A program made the position numbers and the translations under genes. A stretch of DNA of 64,000 nucleotides, taken from positions 44,888,001 to 44,952,000 of the forward strand of contig NC_083286.1 of the NCBI RefSeq assembly GCF_963506605.1. Direction: 5' to 3'. Below, piece after piece: positions 49,270 to 62,414 of the stretch (position 1 is the first letter of the stretch; each line of letters starts with the position of its first letter). Origin of the DNA: Zootoca vivipara. Taxonomy: Eukaryota. The notes beneath the pieces were generated by a model. The model did no database searches and was not told the origin of the DNA. It worked only from the letters and a program-made list of their open reading frames with translations.

Positions 49270-49427
49270 CTAGGTCCTCCACGCGGAAACATACTTCGTC
49301 ACACGTCTTGTTTCCATCAACTAGCCTGATACAATAAGGAACCCAAATGGAGGTGTAGGTTTTGTTGAAATAACAGCTGTTTTCACCGGCGGTTACATAA
49401 TCGGGACACTCTTTCCATTCGCTCTGC
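49270..49427 (-). CDS. GHR: GHR exon 5
   Basis: [52 protein letters not shown]; 158 nt. Confidence 0.96.
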
Positions 49428-49937
49428 CTAGAAGGATAGGAAGAAAGAACTGTGAAAAAATAAGGATATTATGCGCATCCTCCCCCCCTTTAAGAAAAGA
49501 GTAGCTAGATTGGGTTTGGAGCAGATTGATTGATTGACTGATAAAAGGTTATAAAGCAGAAGACCACCTGTATGTGACTTTGCAAAAAATAACAACCACA
49601 AAAAACACAGCAACAATCCCAAACCCTTGAAACCTTATTAACACATGTAGTGGATGTATTGATAATTCAGTGTTTTCACATTACAGCTAAATGTTTTAAT
49701 ATGCTTACTGATGACAGGGTGCTTGCTATCAACGTGCCTGTTTTTATGAATGGTCACTGTTAATACTGTAATTATTGTTGTCCGTACTTTTCCTCATGAG
49801 ATTCAGGGGTCTTGGAGATCCATAGGTTATGGTGTGAAGAATTCCTCCCCCCTCCCCACTTTCATAACCTTCATCCAGATACTTGTTTCTGGTGCTATAA
49901 CACAGAACACACATTTTAGACAGTAATTCCTCCGTAC

Positions 49938-50079
49938 TTTTCTAGGTTCCTTTTCGAATACAGCAATTGCAGGGTTCCGGCAGCTGTTAAATGTGGGAAG
50001 TTGCCATTACTCCAGTAACATGAAAAGGTTTCCAGTTCAGGTGACCGGCACTTAAGGATCTGTGGTTTTCCTGATGAAG
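49938..50079 (-). CDS. GHR: GHR exon 4 (donor position less certain)
   Basis: SSGKPQILKCRSPELETFSCYWSNGNFPHLTAAGTLQLLYSKRNLE; first phase-compatible donor is AA|GTACGG. Confidence 0.9.
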
Positions 50080-50381
50080 CTGTATGTAAAAAGTGGGGAG
50101 GGAGAAAGAAAAGGAAAGAGTGAATATATTTTCAAAGAGATCAAATACAGCAATCAAGGGATTAAAATAGCAACGTAGACTCCAAACTAAAATTTATGTC
50201 CCCGTGCCATGTCATTCCCCTCACATATTGGCACCACAAAGAGGCATAGCCACAAATAGGCCTGCTTTATAGCATATTGATTGTGATATGTGCAGATGCT
50301 CAAAACATTCCATCTCTTATACCAGCTACCGCCACAAGGTTTCCTCCATATGCTTTGAATGTGGTTCTCATCATGCCTGAC

Positions 50382-50471
50382 CATAGCTGCCAAGTTCTCC
50401 CATTTTTAAAGGGAAATTCCCTTATGCTGAATAGGCTTCCTCGCGAGAAAAGGGAAAAATTGACAACTATG
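50382..50471. mobile_element. ~90-bp hAT MITE nested in an older hairpin MITE
   Basis: TSD TGCCTGAC. Confidence 0.82.
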
Positions 50472-51815
50472 TGCCTGACCACTGGCCATATTGGCTGAGG
50501 CTGTTGGGAGATGCAGTCCAACAATATCTGGAGGCAACCAGGTTGTGGGATGATGTTCTATACAACGCCGCCCCATGTTCCTGAGTTTAAATATTTCTAG
50601 GCTGGCTTTCTGGACAAAGCCCTCACCAGACAGCTCACATGAGAAGAACCGTAACATACAATGCTATATTCAAACAAACCAGCATCCTAAAAAAAATCAC
50701 AGCCTAGTATTTGCAGTGAAAAGTTTCTCAACCTTTTATTGCCTTTCCCCATTCAGAACTTTCTCATCAGACCCACCCTCCAGACTTATTTTTTATTTTA
50801 GGTTTATTCTGTACTTAACACAACAATAGTACATTAGCGGTAGATTTATTCTGTGGTGCTTCCACAAATGCCACCACCTTATTACTGTCTGAAGGGGCTA
50901 CAGCACACCCAAAGTGGGGCAACCTCCTACCGCCAAACATTTGTGGCATGAAAAGTTACAGGATTTCAGCAGAAAGTTACAGGACATGCAACAACGTGTC
51001 TCCCTGGAAGCTTTTGCAAGCACAAACAGTATTGAAAGCAGGGTCATGTATGACTACTCCAGTAGTATCATGAACACAAATCATCACAAATGGCCAAGGA
51101 AAGGACATCTGGAGTGGTCCTGGGTGATGACATGAGACAGGGCATTCTCACTGGTGTCACCTCACCTATGAAGCTCCCTCTCAAGTAATATTCAGCCTAT
51201 CTTTAGGACTCCTCCTGTCAACTTCTGTACTGTAGAGTTGCATTTGGCTTCCCAAGTTTCATGCTGTGCTGGCCTGGTTTCACAGAGGTGCAGTGTCACG
51301 GTTTTATAGCATTGTATTAGGGTTGGCTATGCCATAATTGCCAAGGAGTGGAAAAGAACACAGCGATGATCCCAAGATAACCTTCAGAGAGAAGGTGACA
51401 CACTGGCTTTCTGAATTATGTCGGCTAAGCGCACAATTATTCGGTGCTACTGAACTGGCACCAGATGCTTTGCAGCTTGTCCAGAGTGCAAGCCACAGCT
51501 AAAACCCATGGCCATAATAAAACAACAACAACAAAGAAGCAGGCTCGGATGGTTTTTGCCGGGATTCTGTCCTTGGGATCACAATGGCTACATAAACCGC
51601 GAATCCCCCGGGACATTCTGAGCAGCCTTAATTTGTAAGTGGCAGCACACCAGAGAGGTCCTGGAAAAAGCTGTCCTTTTGCTTTGTTTTTCCCAGACTA
51701 TTTTTATTTATTCATTTACATCTTTTTAACCCTTCCCAACTGGGATGCTGTTGCACTCTGTATGTCCTATGATGTGGTACCAGACGTGGTGCCATTAGAT
51801 GGCACTTTGCAAATA

Positions 51816-52053
51816 CAGTGGCACCTCTGGTTGTGAACGCTTCTGGTTACGCACGCTTCTGGTTATGAGCTCTGCTAACCCGGAAGTAGCTGCTCCTGGT
51901 TGCAAACTTTGCCCTGGGATGCGGAAATGGCGCGCTGGAGGCGTGCGCACAACAGCAGGCCCCCTTAGCAAAAGCGCGCCTCAGGATAAGAACAGTTTCA
52001 GCTTAAGAACGGACCTCCGGAACGAATTAAGTTCGTAACCAGAGGTACCACTG
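51816..52053. mobile_element. Tc1/mariner MITE
   Basis: TA TSD and CAGTGG..CCTC TIR. Confidence 0.8.
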
Positions 52054-52618
52054 TAAAGCCTTATTTCACTTTTGATTCCCACATGCCAAAGCAGGTTGCC
52101 TCTTAAGTATTCACACAGTGAGTCAATCAATTAACCCTCCTGTTACCTATAGAGCAGGTATCACCAACCATCTCAGACCCAAACATGCATTTGTTGACCT
52201 ATTTTTTAACTCTTTACTGTACATTTGCCTCACGGAAGTACTCCTGTTGCAACCTTCCTTGGTTCAGGGGGACCCACCAGTTGAAGACCAGTGCTCTAGA
52301 CCATGGACAGTTAATCTGCGGCTGACTGGAATATTTGCCAGAACACAACTTCTGTCATCCCTGACCATTGCTCCTGTTGGTTGCAGGGAGCTGTAAACCA
52401 ATGACATCTGGAGGGCAAATGGCCCTCTGCCATTTTGTGAAACAAACAAGAGAAATGGCAAGGAAATGGTAAAAAGAAAAGAATATGGATAGAAAAACAC
52501 AGCCGTTTCCTGTAGCCCTAAGTTTTCCAAAGCCTTTCTTTCTGCATCAGTTTATGCAACTGCAAATCATGGGCCTCAGTTTTTTTAAAAAAAGATGTAG
52601 TTGATGATTATGTATTAA

Positions 52619-52974
52619 TAGGTAAAGGTACCCCTGACCCTTAGGTCCAGTCACGGATGACTCTGGGGTTGCGGCGCTCATCTCGCTTTATTGGCCGAGG
52701 GAGCCAGCGTACAGCTTCCAGGTCATGTGGCCAGCATGACTAAGCCGCTTCTGGCGAAACAGAGCAGCACATGGAAATGCCGTTAACCTTCCCGCCGGAA
52801 TGGTACCTATTTATCTACCGGTACTTGCACTTTGATGTGCTTTTGAACTGCTAGGTAGGCAGGAGCTGGGACCGAGCAATGGGAGCTCACCCCATTGCGG
52901 GGATTCGAACCGCCAACCTTCTGATCGGCAAGCCCTAGGCTCAGTGGTTTAGACCACAGCACCACCCGTGTCCC
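52619..52974 (-). mobile_element. Sauria SINE, full length
   Basis: Reverse complement of the 58161 copy. Confidence 0.9.
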
Positions 52975-53372
52975 AATGTAGTTTGACCCAAAGAGGGGTA
53001 AAGAATTGGTTTGCATACTACCCTGGGTCAACTCTTCATACGAGCGTTCAGCCTCCTGCTCACGAGGAGACTCTCTGGAGCCCAAAGAGGATGTCCTCTT
53101 TGGACTCTGGGGAAGGTGTCACAAGCTGGAGGAGCAGCGGCACCCTCCCCATTTATGCACATTTTACTTATGTACGCAGGGCTCCACACAACCCCTGTGT
53201 AAATGGGTAGTCTCCTGTACTTTTGATATTCTATTGTTATTCTACTGGAGTTTAGCATACACTAAGATGTGTGTGCGTGAATTTTTCAAGGAAATTTTAA
53301 TTCACCGAGGGTAGTAAAAATGCCAACCAAAAAACCAACCTCAGAGCAGTAGCAGGCAGGTTTGAAACTGAG

Positions 53373-53550
53373 GGGCCGCTGCTCAGTGGTAGAGTATTTG
53401 CAATGCGTGCCAAAGGTCCCAGGTTTAGTCTCCAGCATCCGCAGGTAAGGCTGGGAGAGAACCTTGTCTGAAGGAGAGCCACTGCCAGCCATTGAACTAG
53501 ATGGACAAATGGCCTGATTTTTTTTGGTATCAGGCAGCTTCTTATGTCCC
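53373..53550 (+). mobile_element. Old tRNA-derived SINE (further diverged copies at ~59900-60090 +, ~28850-29040 -, ~37500-37690 +)
   Basis: GCTCAGTGGTAGAG head, GGTCCCAGGTT B-box region and AGGCAGCTTC 3' end. Confidence 0.55.
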
Positions 53551-54009
53551 TATGCATGTTAATTGATGCTACGGTATTATAGCCAGCTACGCTAGGTGGC
53601 AGCAAATATTTGCAGTGGTTGCCATAAAATGGGGCAGGGGACACAAATATACCTTGCGGAGAAGGAGATGACAAGCAGGACCAGGAGCATGCAGCAGGGG
53701 ATTAATAATTGCTTAGCACAGGTATGGTACGTTCACCAAACCAGGTGGCTCTTTCGTGATGCAACTGGTTTTCATCACAGTCTTTCACACCGAGCAACTG
53801 AACATTCTAGGCCACCCAGCCAATCGGTGTCAGTGGCCTTCCTGCCGCAAGGGCAGCCTTGTGTAGATTAAATCACATGCTGTGGTATGTTAGCTGGGTC
53901 ATTCGCCCAAGGGCGGCTAATATATTTTGTCCGCATTTTGTCAAGGCGGATCAGGAAGTCATGGGCCAAACCCCACCATTTTGAGCTTTGGCAAACATCT
54001 GGAATTTTT

Positions 54010-54011
<2 letters not shown>

Positions 54012-54056
<45 letters not shown>
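54012..54056. repeat. (CA)n microsatellite
   Basis: Seen directly. Confidence 0.95.
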
Positions 54057-54059
<3 letters not shown>

Positions 54060-54194
54060 TAGAGACTTGGAACATACTTCAATGGTAATATGATGGTACC
54101 AAATCTGCTTAGAGTTTCTCTCCAGATCTTGGATTGGTTGCACAACTTTTCCCAACAAAGCAGTTCCAAATTTATTCTGTTTTCCCCAGCACTC

Positions 54195-54395
54195 ACGAAG
54201 CTAAATATTTAGGCTCACTAATTTCCAAGATCATACAGGGCAACCAAAGCAGTTTCTGTGCCAAAACTGGGCCTGAACCCCAAGGATCTAGAAAGGTTTC
54301 CGCCAAGAGTGCCGAGATCTGGTTCGTGACTACCCATTCAAGAACCTTGCCCAAGAAGGAGAGATTGGCAACTGGCCGGTAGTTACTTAGTTCCA
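54195..54395 (-). mobile_element. L2-type LINE reverse transcriptase fragment
   Basis: NYRPVANLSFLGKVLEWVV. Confidence 0.7.
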
Positions 54396-56042
54396 ATTTG
54401 TTCTATTTTGCTATGGAAGATTTCAGCATATCAACAAAACTAGTGCAGCAACTACCAACAAAACTCCTGCCTCATGTTTTGGGGACCCAGATGACAACAG
54501 ATCTCACAAGGGCACACATGACAGAGAAACATTAGGTCTCCCTCCCAGCCCCCAAAAGGTTTAATCTAAGGTAAATATTTAATCTAAGGTAAATATTTGT
54601 TAATGCAACTGGCTTTCTTATTGTGGTTATATAGACGTATCAAATGAAAGCCAAGCAAACAGTACAAAGTGACATTGTGAATTGGTTTATTTGGTTGTAA
54701 TAAAATCTCAAAACGATTGGCAAAAAGATAAAACTTAAAAAGCGCTTTACAAAGAGAATGGAACCCTGAACTGCAAGCAATCCGAAACAGTTAGCAAAAT
54801 GAACGTTAGAGCTGGTGAGCAAAAGGGCACAAGAAGCCCAGCCATTAAAAATACAAGCAGCTATGGAGGCTACAGAAAACCCTCTGCCTTATTCCCAATG
54901 ATGGGTGTGGTTATGGTAAACCAGATCTGATGTAAGTTCAAGAATTCTCGAGCTGGAACCTAGGCAGGATTGAGCTGATAAGCCAGATAAGCAGGTACCA
55001 CATGATACCAGAGTTGCTGTTGTCAGGATTTCTTAAAGATATTGGCCCTAGACAAGAGACAGAGGTTGCGGTTCATTTGTTGATGTCTGCCAGGGTTTAA
55101 ATAGCACAAGGCTCGAAGGGTTTGGAAACCCCAACTTTTACATCATGGGGAAATGAAACCTCAGTGCAGAATCTCCAGGTTGTTGTTGTTGTTGTTGTTT
55201 TTAAGTAGGTAGCTGGATCGGGAAGGACCTTGGAAAGTTGTCAGTAGTCTGAAAAGATGGTACAGGGATGGATAAATCGATGACCTGACTTCGAATAAGG
55301 CAGCTTCCTCTGTTCCATGTGTATGGTATAACCAGGGTAAGGGGGAAACTCCGGACACAAACCCCTTAACTTCAAGATTTCTCTGAAACAAGCCTTCTCA
55401 TGAGATTTCCCGTTATTATGAGCGCATAGTTATATTATTTCTTGGCATAGATCCCCTTGTTTCTTTGTCCCTGGCACGAACTAGTTATGTGAAAGGGAAG
55501 ACTGAAAACCAAAGATAAGTTTTAAACACAGGAAAAGGCTGGGATTGGAATCTGTTGTCACAGTCATTTATGGGGGGAAAAATCCATATATGTAATTCAC
55601 TGGGTCATGCTGACCTCGTTTAGCATGATTTTGTTTAGAACAATCAGAAGGATGATCAACATTGTCAGATAATGGGACCTTTGGACAACAATGTCAGAGG
55701 CAAGAGTGGAAGCCAACAACCAAAGAACAGGCTGGCTAATTCAAATGAGTACGCAAAATTCAGGCCAGCCTCACTTCCAGCTGTTTTTCTTGAGTTTTGT
55801 TGCCCCCCCCTTGGGGTCACAGTATTACAGTGACTGCTGAAGCCACACAGCTGGCAGAATTTCCTTGTTTGGTTTCAGACTCGGGGGTTGGCAACCTTTT
55901 TGGAGCAGCAAGCACATTTCGAATGGTAAGGAGGTGCTGCAGGCACCAGTCACAAAAACGGCTGCCATGGCGGTGTGGTATCACATGACATAACTGCTGG
56001 GAGGGGCATGCTGGTCCTGATTACGAAGACCACCCAATATTG

Positions 56043-56295
56043 AAGAAGAAGAAGAAGAGTTTGGATTTGATATCCCACTTTAACACCACCCGAAGGAGTC
56101 TCAAAGCGGCTAACATTCTCCTTTCCCTTCCTCCGCCACAACAAACACTCTGTGAGGTGAGTGGGGCTGAGAGACTTCAAAAAGTGTGACTAGCCCAAGG
56201 TCACCCAGCAGCTGCATGGGGAGGAACGGAGACGCGAATCCGGTTCACCAGATTACAAGTCTACCGCTCTTAACCACTACACCACACTGGCTCTC
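56043..56295 (-). mobile_element. Squam3-like SINE
   Basis: Reverse copy; TSD ATATTGA. Confidence 0.82.
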
Positions 56296-56507
56296 ATATT
56301 GATTCCTCTCTGTCTCTGTTTCTCTCTCACACACACAACAATGCAGTTACTGTCTGGTAGTGACAGGGAGCATCCCCCAGCACTGGGAAAAAAGGCACAA
56401 GGTGGCCACATCATACTTATTGTCCCTTGCACACACAGCACACTCATGTATGCCTTGCACATATATGAGACATGCATCTCTCTCTCATACATGCTCATAC
56501 ACTGCAC

Positions 56508-57100
56508 TGTGATGGCTGGGACTTGGGCTCGAACTCGGAGACGGAGGAATCGCAGCCAGGGACATCGGCTGAACCTACTCTGGGGCCTGTTCCTGAAGAG
56601 CCTCAGTCTGCTCAGGTTCCCCTGCAACAAGCACCAGCTGGGCCGAGTCAGGGGCCTGAGCCTGTCCTGGCTCCAGGTGCTGAGAATACCTCATTGCCGA
56701 CAGCTGACCCACTACCGGCTGGGTCAGGAGAGGCTAAGGCGACTCCTAGGTCCAGTAACCCTCCGGCGTCTCCCGAGCTGCAGAGACTCAGGGCTGAGAA
56801 GAGGCGAGACCTGAGTACTCGCAGGAGGAGTGCTCGCCTTCAGGCAAGGCAGGGTGGTCAGTCATTGGGGGATCGGGACTGGCCATTACCTCGTCAGAGA
56901 TAAAAGGCGGTCAGACCCTGCCCCAGGTTGTGGGTCCAACATTGCTGCTTGCCAGGTCCTGCCTGTGTTCCTGCTCCTGATCTCGCCTAGTTTCCTGCAC
57001 TGCACTCTGCCTCAGCTTCATCGGACTGACCCCTCGTTGATTCCTTAGACTTCGGACTGGCCCTGGACCTCGCCTCTTGGATTACCCTTGGACCAGTACA
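56508..57100 (+). mobile_element. Solo LTR (Gypsy-like), 593 bp
   Basis: TGT...ACA termini, perfect 5-bp TSD TGCAC, abrupt GC rise and TATA-like GATAAAAG at ~56899. Confidence 0.8.
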
Positions 57101-57534
57101 TGCACTTACACCCAGCCACACATCTATTCCCTCTCTCTCTGAACATGTGCATTGCTCTCTTGTCAGTATCAATGCTCCGTTAACTGCTGTACGGTGAAGG
57201 CAGATTTGCACGATTTGTGACTCCCCAAGCTGAATGCCGTCCACCAGCTATGCATTGTGGAGCACCAAATGATTGCCTCACACAGGGAATAAAATTAGGA
57301 GGCTTCTTTGTGGCTCAAAATGTCACCTTGCATGGCTGATGGGCTTTGTTTGTCTCGATGTCTCACGTAACCTGTGCAGGCCTAGGGCTGCAATTTGAAA
57401 AGGTCTGATCTCATTCAACAAATCTCTCCCCGCAGCCACCTCCAATTATTTGCACAGCTATCCATCTACCATTGCTAGATGAGATTTTAGTGGCATGGAT
57501 GGAGCTTCAAAGGGGGAAATTGCTTCCAATTCAA

Positions 57535-59130
57535 TCAGCTTCAATCAATGAATCTCCTTTATTGGCACAGAAAAAGTGCATCGTATAAATGGATCGGAAT
57601 ACAACACAGTTAATGAAACATAGTAGGAGATACTTTAGGATAAAACTGTCCAGAAATCGTGAGGTATGAAAATGGCTCTTAGGACCAATGGGGATGTAAT
57701 TTCATAGCATCGCTCAAAATCCTGCCACATTTTCCACAACGTCATTACTACAATTGTTCAGCAGATAAGACACCCAGGAATAGTCAGTGCAATAAATCCC
57801 CTCCTTCAATAAGGGGGCCAAATACTTACCATATATTTTTGCATAAATTGGGCAATAAAGAAAATATGTGTGATGGATTCAACCTATATTGTGTCACAAG
57901 GGCAGTATCTTTCAGAGTTTGGGATTTCCAAGAATCAAAAACTCTTGCAAAACTGCAGAGGGAAAGATGTTAAATCTTGCAAAGGAAAGAGCTCTGCGCA
58001 GGTGGCAATCGTAAAGCTAGTGTAAATATGGAGTGCCCTGGCCAAACGAGGGTGGAAATCCCAATCCCAATGGGGAACAGGGTTTATTGGCTGCACTGCA
58101 AAAGGTTTGGAATTCAATCTCTAGGATTCTGCACTTGATTGTCCAGAATGCTTCCAATTGTGGCACCCAGGTGGCGCTGTGGGTTAAACCACAGAGTCTA
58201 GGGCTTGCTGATCAGAAGGTCGGTGGTTCGAATCCCTGAGATGGGGTGAGCTCCCGTTGCTTGGTCCCAGCTCTTGCCCACCTAGCAGTTCGAAAGCACA
58301 TCAAAGTGCAAGTAGATAAATAGGGACCGCTCCGGTGGGAAGGTAAACGGTGGTTCCGTGCGCTGCTCTGGTTCGCCAGAAGCAGCTTTGTCATGCTGGC
58401 CACATGACCCGGAAGCTGTCTGCAGACAAACGCTGGCTCCCTCGGCCTATAGAGCAAGATGAGCGCCGCAACCCCAGAGTCGGACACGACTGGACCTGAT
58501 GGTCAGGGGCCCCTTTACCTTTTTAAGCAGCGACTAGAGTGATAGGCCACAGGTTCTGATTTTGCTCTCAATGCAAGCTAGCCATTTGGAGTGGTGGGAT
58601 TCTGCTAGCATGTGGAAAGTTAAAGAAGACCAATTGGACATGAAATGTAGGTGGAGCCAGAATTTTACAGTGGTGAGCCACGCTTTGGTTTCAGCAGCTC
58701 TTGACCAGTTTCCAGACACATGGTTGCCTATGGCACACAATTCGGCAGCTCCTGGATTTTGCGCAGAAATTTGGATTGGATGCATTCCGACGACAGGTTA
58801 ACTGCACCAATCCATAATGGGATGCCATACAGGAGTTTTGGGGCTACTTTGGCGTTAAAGACCTTTAGCACAGCTGGGACGAATGGATCCCCCCTGTTAA
58901 AGAAGAAATGGGTGATAGCCAGAGCTAGAGTATCCGCTCCGTTAAGTGCGAGCTTACAATGGTATTTCCAAGAAGCGTTATTTTGGAAGTGGATGCCTAG
59001 GTATTTGAAGTTTTTAACCTGTTCCAATGTGTTTCCACTGATCTCCCACCTATGAGGATTCCAAGATCTTGAGAAAACAAGAACTTTAGATTTTGCGAAG
59101 TTCAGTTCCAGTCTGTTGGCTTCCATTTTT
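57535..59130 (-). mobile_element. Non-LTR retrotransposon 3' fragment (RTE-X-like), interrupted by a Sauria SINE
   Basis: RT thumb region KSKVLVFS..LEQVKNFKYLG..LLYG; downstream Cys/His cluster CPC..H..C near 57850-57905; AATAAA followed by an (ATTG)-like tail. Confidence 0.65.
58161..58523 (+). mobile_element. Sauria SINE, full length
   Basis: tRNA-like head (GTGGCGCTGTGG..GGTTCGAATCCC), BovB-like 3' end GAGTCGGACACGACT and ACCTTT tail. Confidence 0.9.
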
Positions 59131-61960
59131 TTATGAAGCCGGGTTGTGTGTCTGTGTGCTCTTAGTACGTACTGCCAAAAGGGCAACTTCATGCCCAACA
59201 ATTTCCAGGAAACAAAAAAATGTCCATGGCATAATGAGCTGCATTCACTTTGTTTACCTTCCTTTGGTAAGCACCTTCAAGAGGGTATTTGTGCTAAGGT
59301 TTGGGCTTTTTCAAACAAGGTGCCAGATGCAATCCGCTTTGCACCATTTTGCAGCCAGAAACAATTTGTGAGAGCAGAAAGGAGTTGCAATTGTAGCCTA
59401 TCCTATATTGATCTTTCTGACTGCATTGTTGTCTCCCCTGACACACACTTCCTTGCTTCCTCTTTGCGTTTTAGTTTTAAGGACCTTTTCTTGCTGCTTC
59501 TCTTGTTGGCTTGGATTTATCATTCTATCACTTTTTGGCCTCGAAAGACAGCCTTGAGAAGAAAACATGCTAGAGCAGCCTTCACCAACCTGTTGCTTTG
59601 GAGCACAACTCCCTTCAGCCCCAGCTGTAGTCCAAAACACCCAGAGGATGCAAGGCTAGCCAAGGCTGCCCTCGTGTATGGCATCCGTCCGATGTTGCAG
59701 GCAGCATCAACAGAGAAGCGATGGTCTTATTAGCACAAAAGACTGCGAAGTTTTCAGATTAAACAGAGCATCACATTAGCCAGTGATTTAATTAACCGGA
59801 AGGAACAGCACGTACAATGTGGGATAATGAATGCTGTGAGCTTAAGCCTTCATCCTGATTTGTAAACCAAGGAGTAAACAAGTGATTTATTGGTGGGAAA
59901 GGTCCATATTCAGCTCAGCGGTAGAGATCTGGCTTTGCATGTCCTAGGTTAAACCCCTGGCACTCCAGCTAGAGTTGGGAGAGTCCCCTTTTCTGAAACC
60001 CTGGAGAACCTCTGCCAGTCAGTGTAGACCATACTGAGCTACATAGGCCAATGGTCTGAGTCGGGATAAGGCAGCTTCCTATGTTCTTACTGCTGCTTTT
60101 GCCTGCCTCCTACGATCTCTTCCCAAACTTGGGTCTCCAGCTGTTTTGAGACTACAATTCCCATCATCCCCGACCACTGCTCCTGCTAGCTAGGGGTGAT
60201 GGGAGTTGTAGTCCAACAATAGCTGGAGCCCCTTGTTTGGGAAACCCTGATCTATACAGTGCTAGGGAAACCCTGGTTTAAGAAATACCAGCCTATCAGT
60301 AACACGGGGTGGGCTTTGCATATACTACTACCACCACCAAAACTCATTTGCACTTCCACTTCTCCTCTAGAATTAAGAAAGGAAAAGGCACTTGTGGAGG
60401 TGAGATGCACACATTTCCTCAATGTCTGAAGCTCTCACAGGCTTTTTTATGTTGCAATGGAGACTTCATATGTGCAACCTCTGCCCTGCTTTGTCACAAA
60501 TATTCAGTTTCTCAAAAATGCATTTTTATGATGCTACTGATCAATTGCCTGAATGGTTGGAGGATCGATGAATGGCTATAATTCCATTCAAACGGGGACA
60601 GTTCAAAACTTTCCTGCCATACATACGATGCTCACCTCAAATACAAGGCGGCACATGTACTCTTCCGCGGCTGTCAAAGGAGTGAACATTATCAGTGCTT
60701 AACAGGGAGCAATGGCACTACAAAAATGGCTGGGAAATGGTTTCTAAACCATCTAAATAACGCAAGCTAATTTTGCAGCACTTACTGCAATTGTGCTTTT
60801 CTGTGAAACTTCACTTCCAGATATTACAAATTGCTTTTGAGTTATTTTAGATTGCAAAGATGTTTAGCATTTATTTTGCTCTGGAATTTATTTCCACATG
60901 TTCTAGGATCAAGAAACCTCTTCGAACTCTATGATTGTATGAATTCTATGAATGTGTGAAGGATGGCAGGCATGAGTGGAACACACAGGGACAAAGACAT
61001 AGTGGGCAGAGAGATACGAATAATATAGTATTTTGAAGAAAACGAATTGCAGTGGAAGAGAAACAGCACTGATTGCGTCAAGCACAGGTCGGAATAAAAA
61101 TTGCTGCTTTCTTACATTCCTTATGTATGGTTCAACATCTTTCTACCTTTATGGTGTAATTGTCACATGTGCTGCAGACTGCCTCTTCCTTCCTTTCTCA
61201 GAGTTTGAACTATTAAGGCTGGTAAGAGATTTTCCCCAGATGCAAAAAAAATAAAAATAAAAACCACTTCCAAAAAATTTGTCACTGTAGTTTTTATTCC
61301 TAGCGTTTACACACCAGGGGGTGGAATCACCCTTGTGACATTATTTCTATTATTACAACAGCTTATATAATGATGCTCTAGGTTACTGTAGGTCCTAGGA
61401 TGTTGGCAAGGCCCACACTTCGTTATATGAGCTAGGAAACCGAACTGCGGAGTAAACCTGGATGGAGTCCCAACAGCACAGGCCGAAGGGCACACGATGT
61501 AACATTCTTAGAACAGCAGGGAAATGCTGACAGATTGATCTTCACCTGGCTGCAGAAAGCAGCCACAAGGTGTGTGCCCATTCCCAGTGGCCCGTCTTCT
61601 TTTAGATATTGCTGAGCAAGCAATTTCCAAGCACTGTCCATGCTTTGCCTCCCTGACAAAGCTAAGCAAAACTCTCCAGTACTATGACTGGAATAGAAGA
61701 GACAGCAGATTTATCTTCCACGCTGAGGCTGCAGCAAGATGAAAATGGCGCCAGTTCCACCACGTTTAAACATGGAGCTGCCTAAATCATGGACACCGGG
61801 AGAGGAGAAGGTCTGCCAAGCTAAGGACTGCATTTCTTTGTGGGGCATTTTTCTGGGGGCCACATGCCAGTGCAAGAGGTGAAAAGCAGGTGAAGCAACA
61901 GATTTCACCCCCCCCCCCAATAATTATTTATGGAGTTGTAGTTTGGATGATGGGTGCTGG

Positions 61961-62184
61961 NNNNNNNNNNNNNNNNNNNNNNNNNNNNNNNNNNNNNNNN
62001 NNNNNNNNNNNNNNNNNNNNNNNNNNNNNNNNNNNNNNNNNNNNNNNNNNNNNNNNNNNNNNNNNNNNNNNNNNNNNNNNNNNNNNNNNNNNNNNNNNNN
62101 NNNNNNNNNNNNNNNNNNNNNNNNNNNNNNNNNNNNNNNNNNNNNNNNNNNNNNNNNNNNNNNNNNNNNNNNNNNNNNNNNNNN
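61961..62184. other. Assembly gap
   Basis: N-run. Confidence 1.
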
Positions 62185-62414
62185 TTGATATTCCGCTTTA
62201 TCACTACCCGAAGGAGTCTCAAAGCGGCTAACATTCTCCTTTCCCTTCCTCCCCCACAACAAACACTCTGTGAGGTGAGTGGGGCTGAGAGACTTCAGAG
62301 AAGTGTGACTAGCCCAAGGTCACCCAGCAGCTGCATGTGGAGGAGTGGAGACGCGAACCTGGTTCCCCAGATTACGAGTCTACCACTCCTAACCACTACA
62401 CCACACTGGCTCTC
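62185..62414 (-). mobile_element. Squam3-like SINE (tail lies in the assembly gap)
   Basis: Reverse copy adjacent to the N-run. Confidence 0.82.

Noticed and set aside
59146-59733. 195-aa plus-strand ORF
   Set aside because: Non-ATG start, no homology recognised, and it runs through an old MITE.
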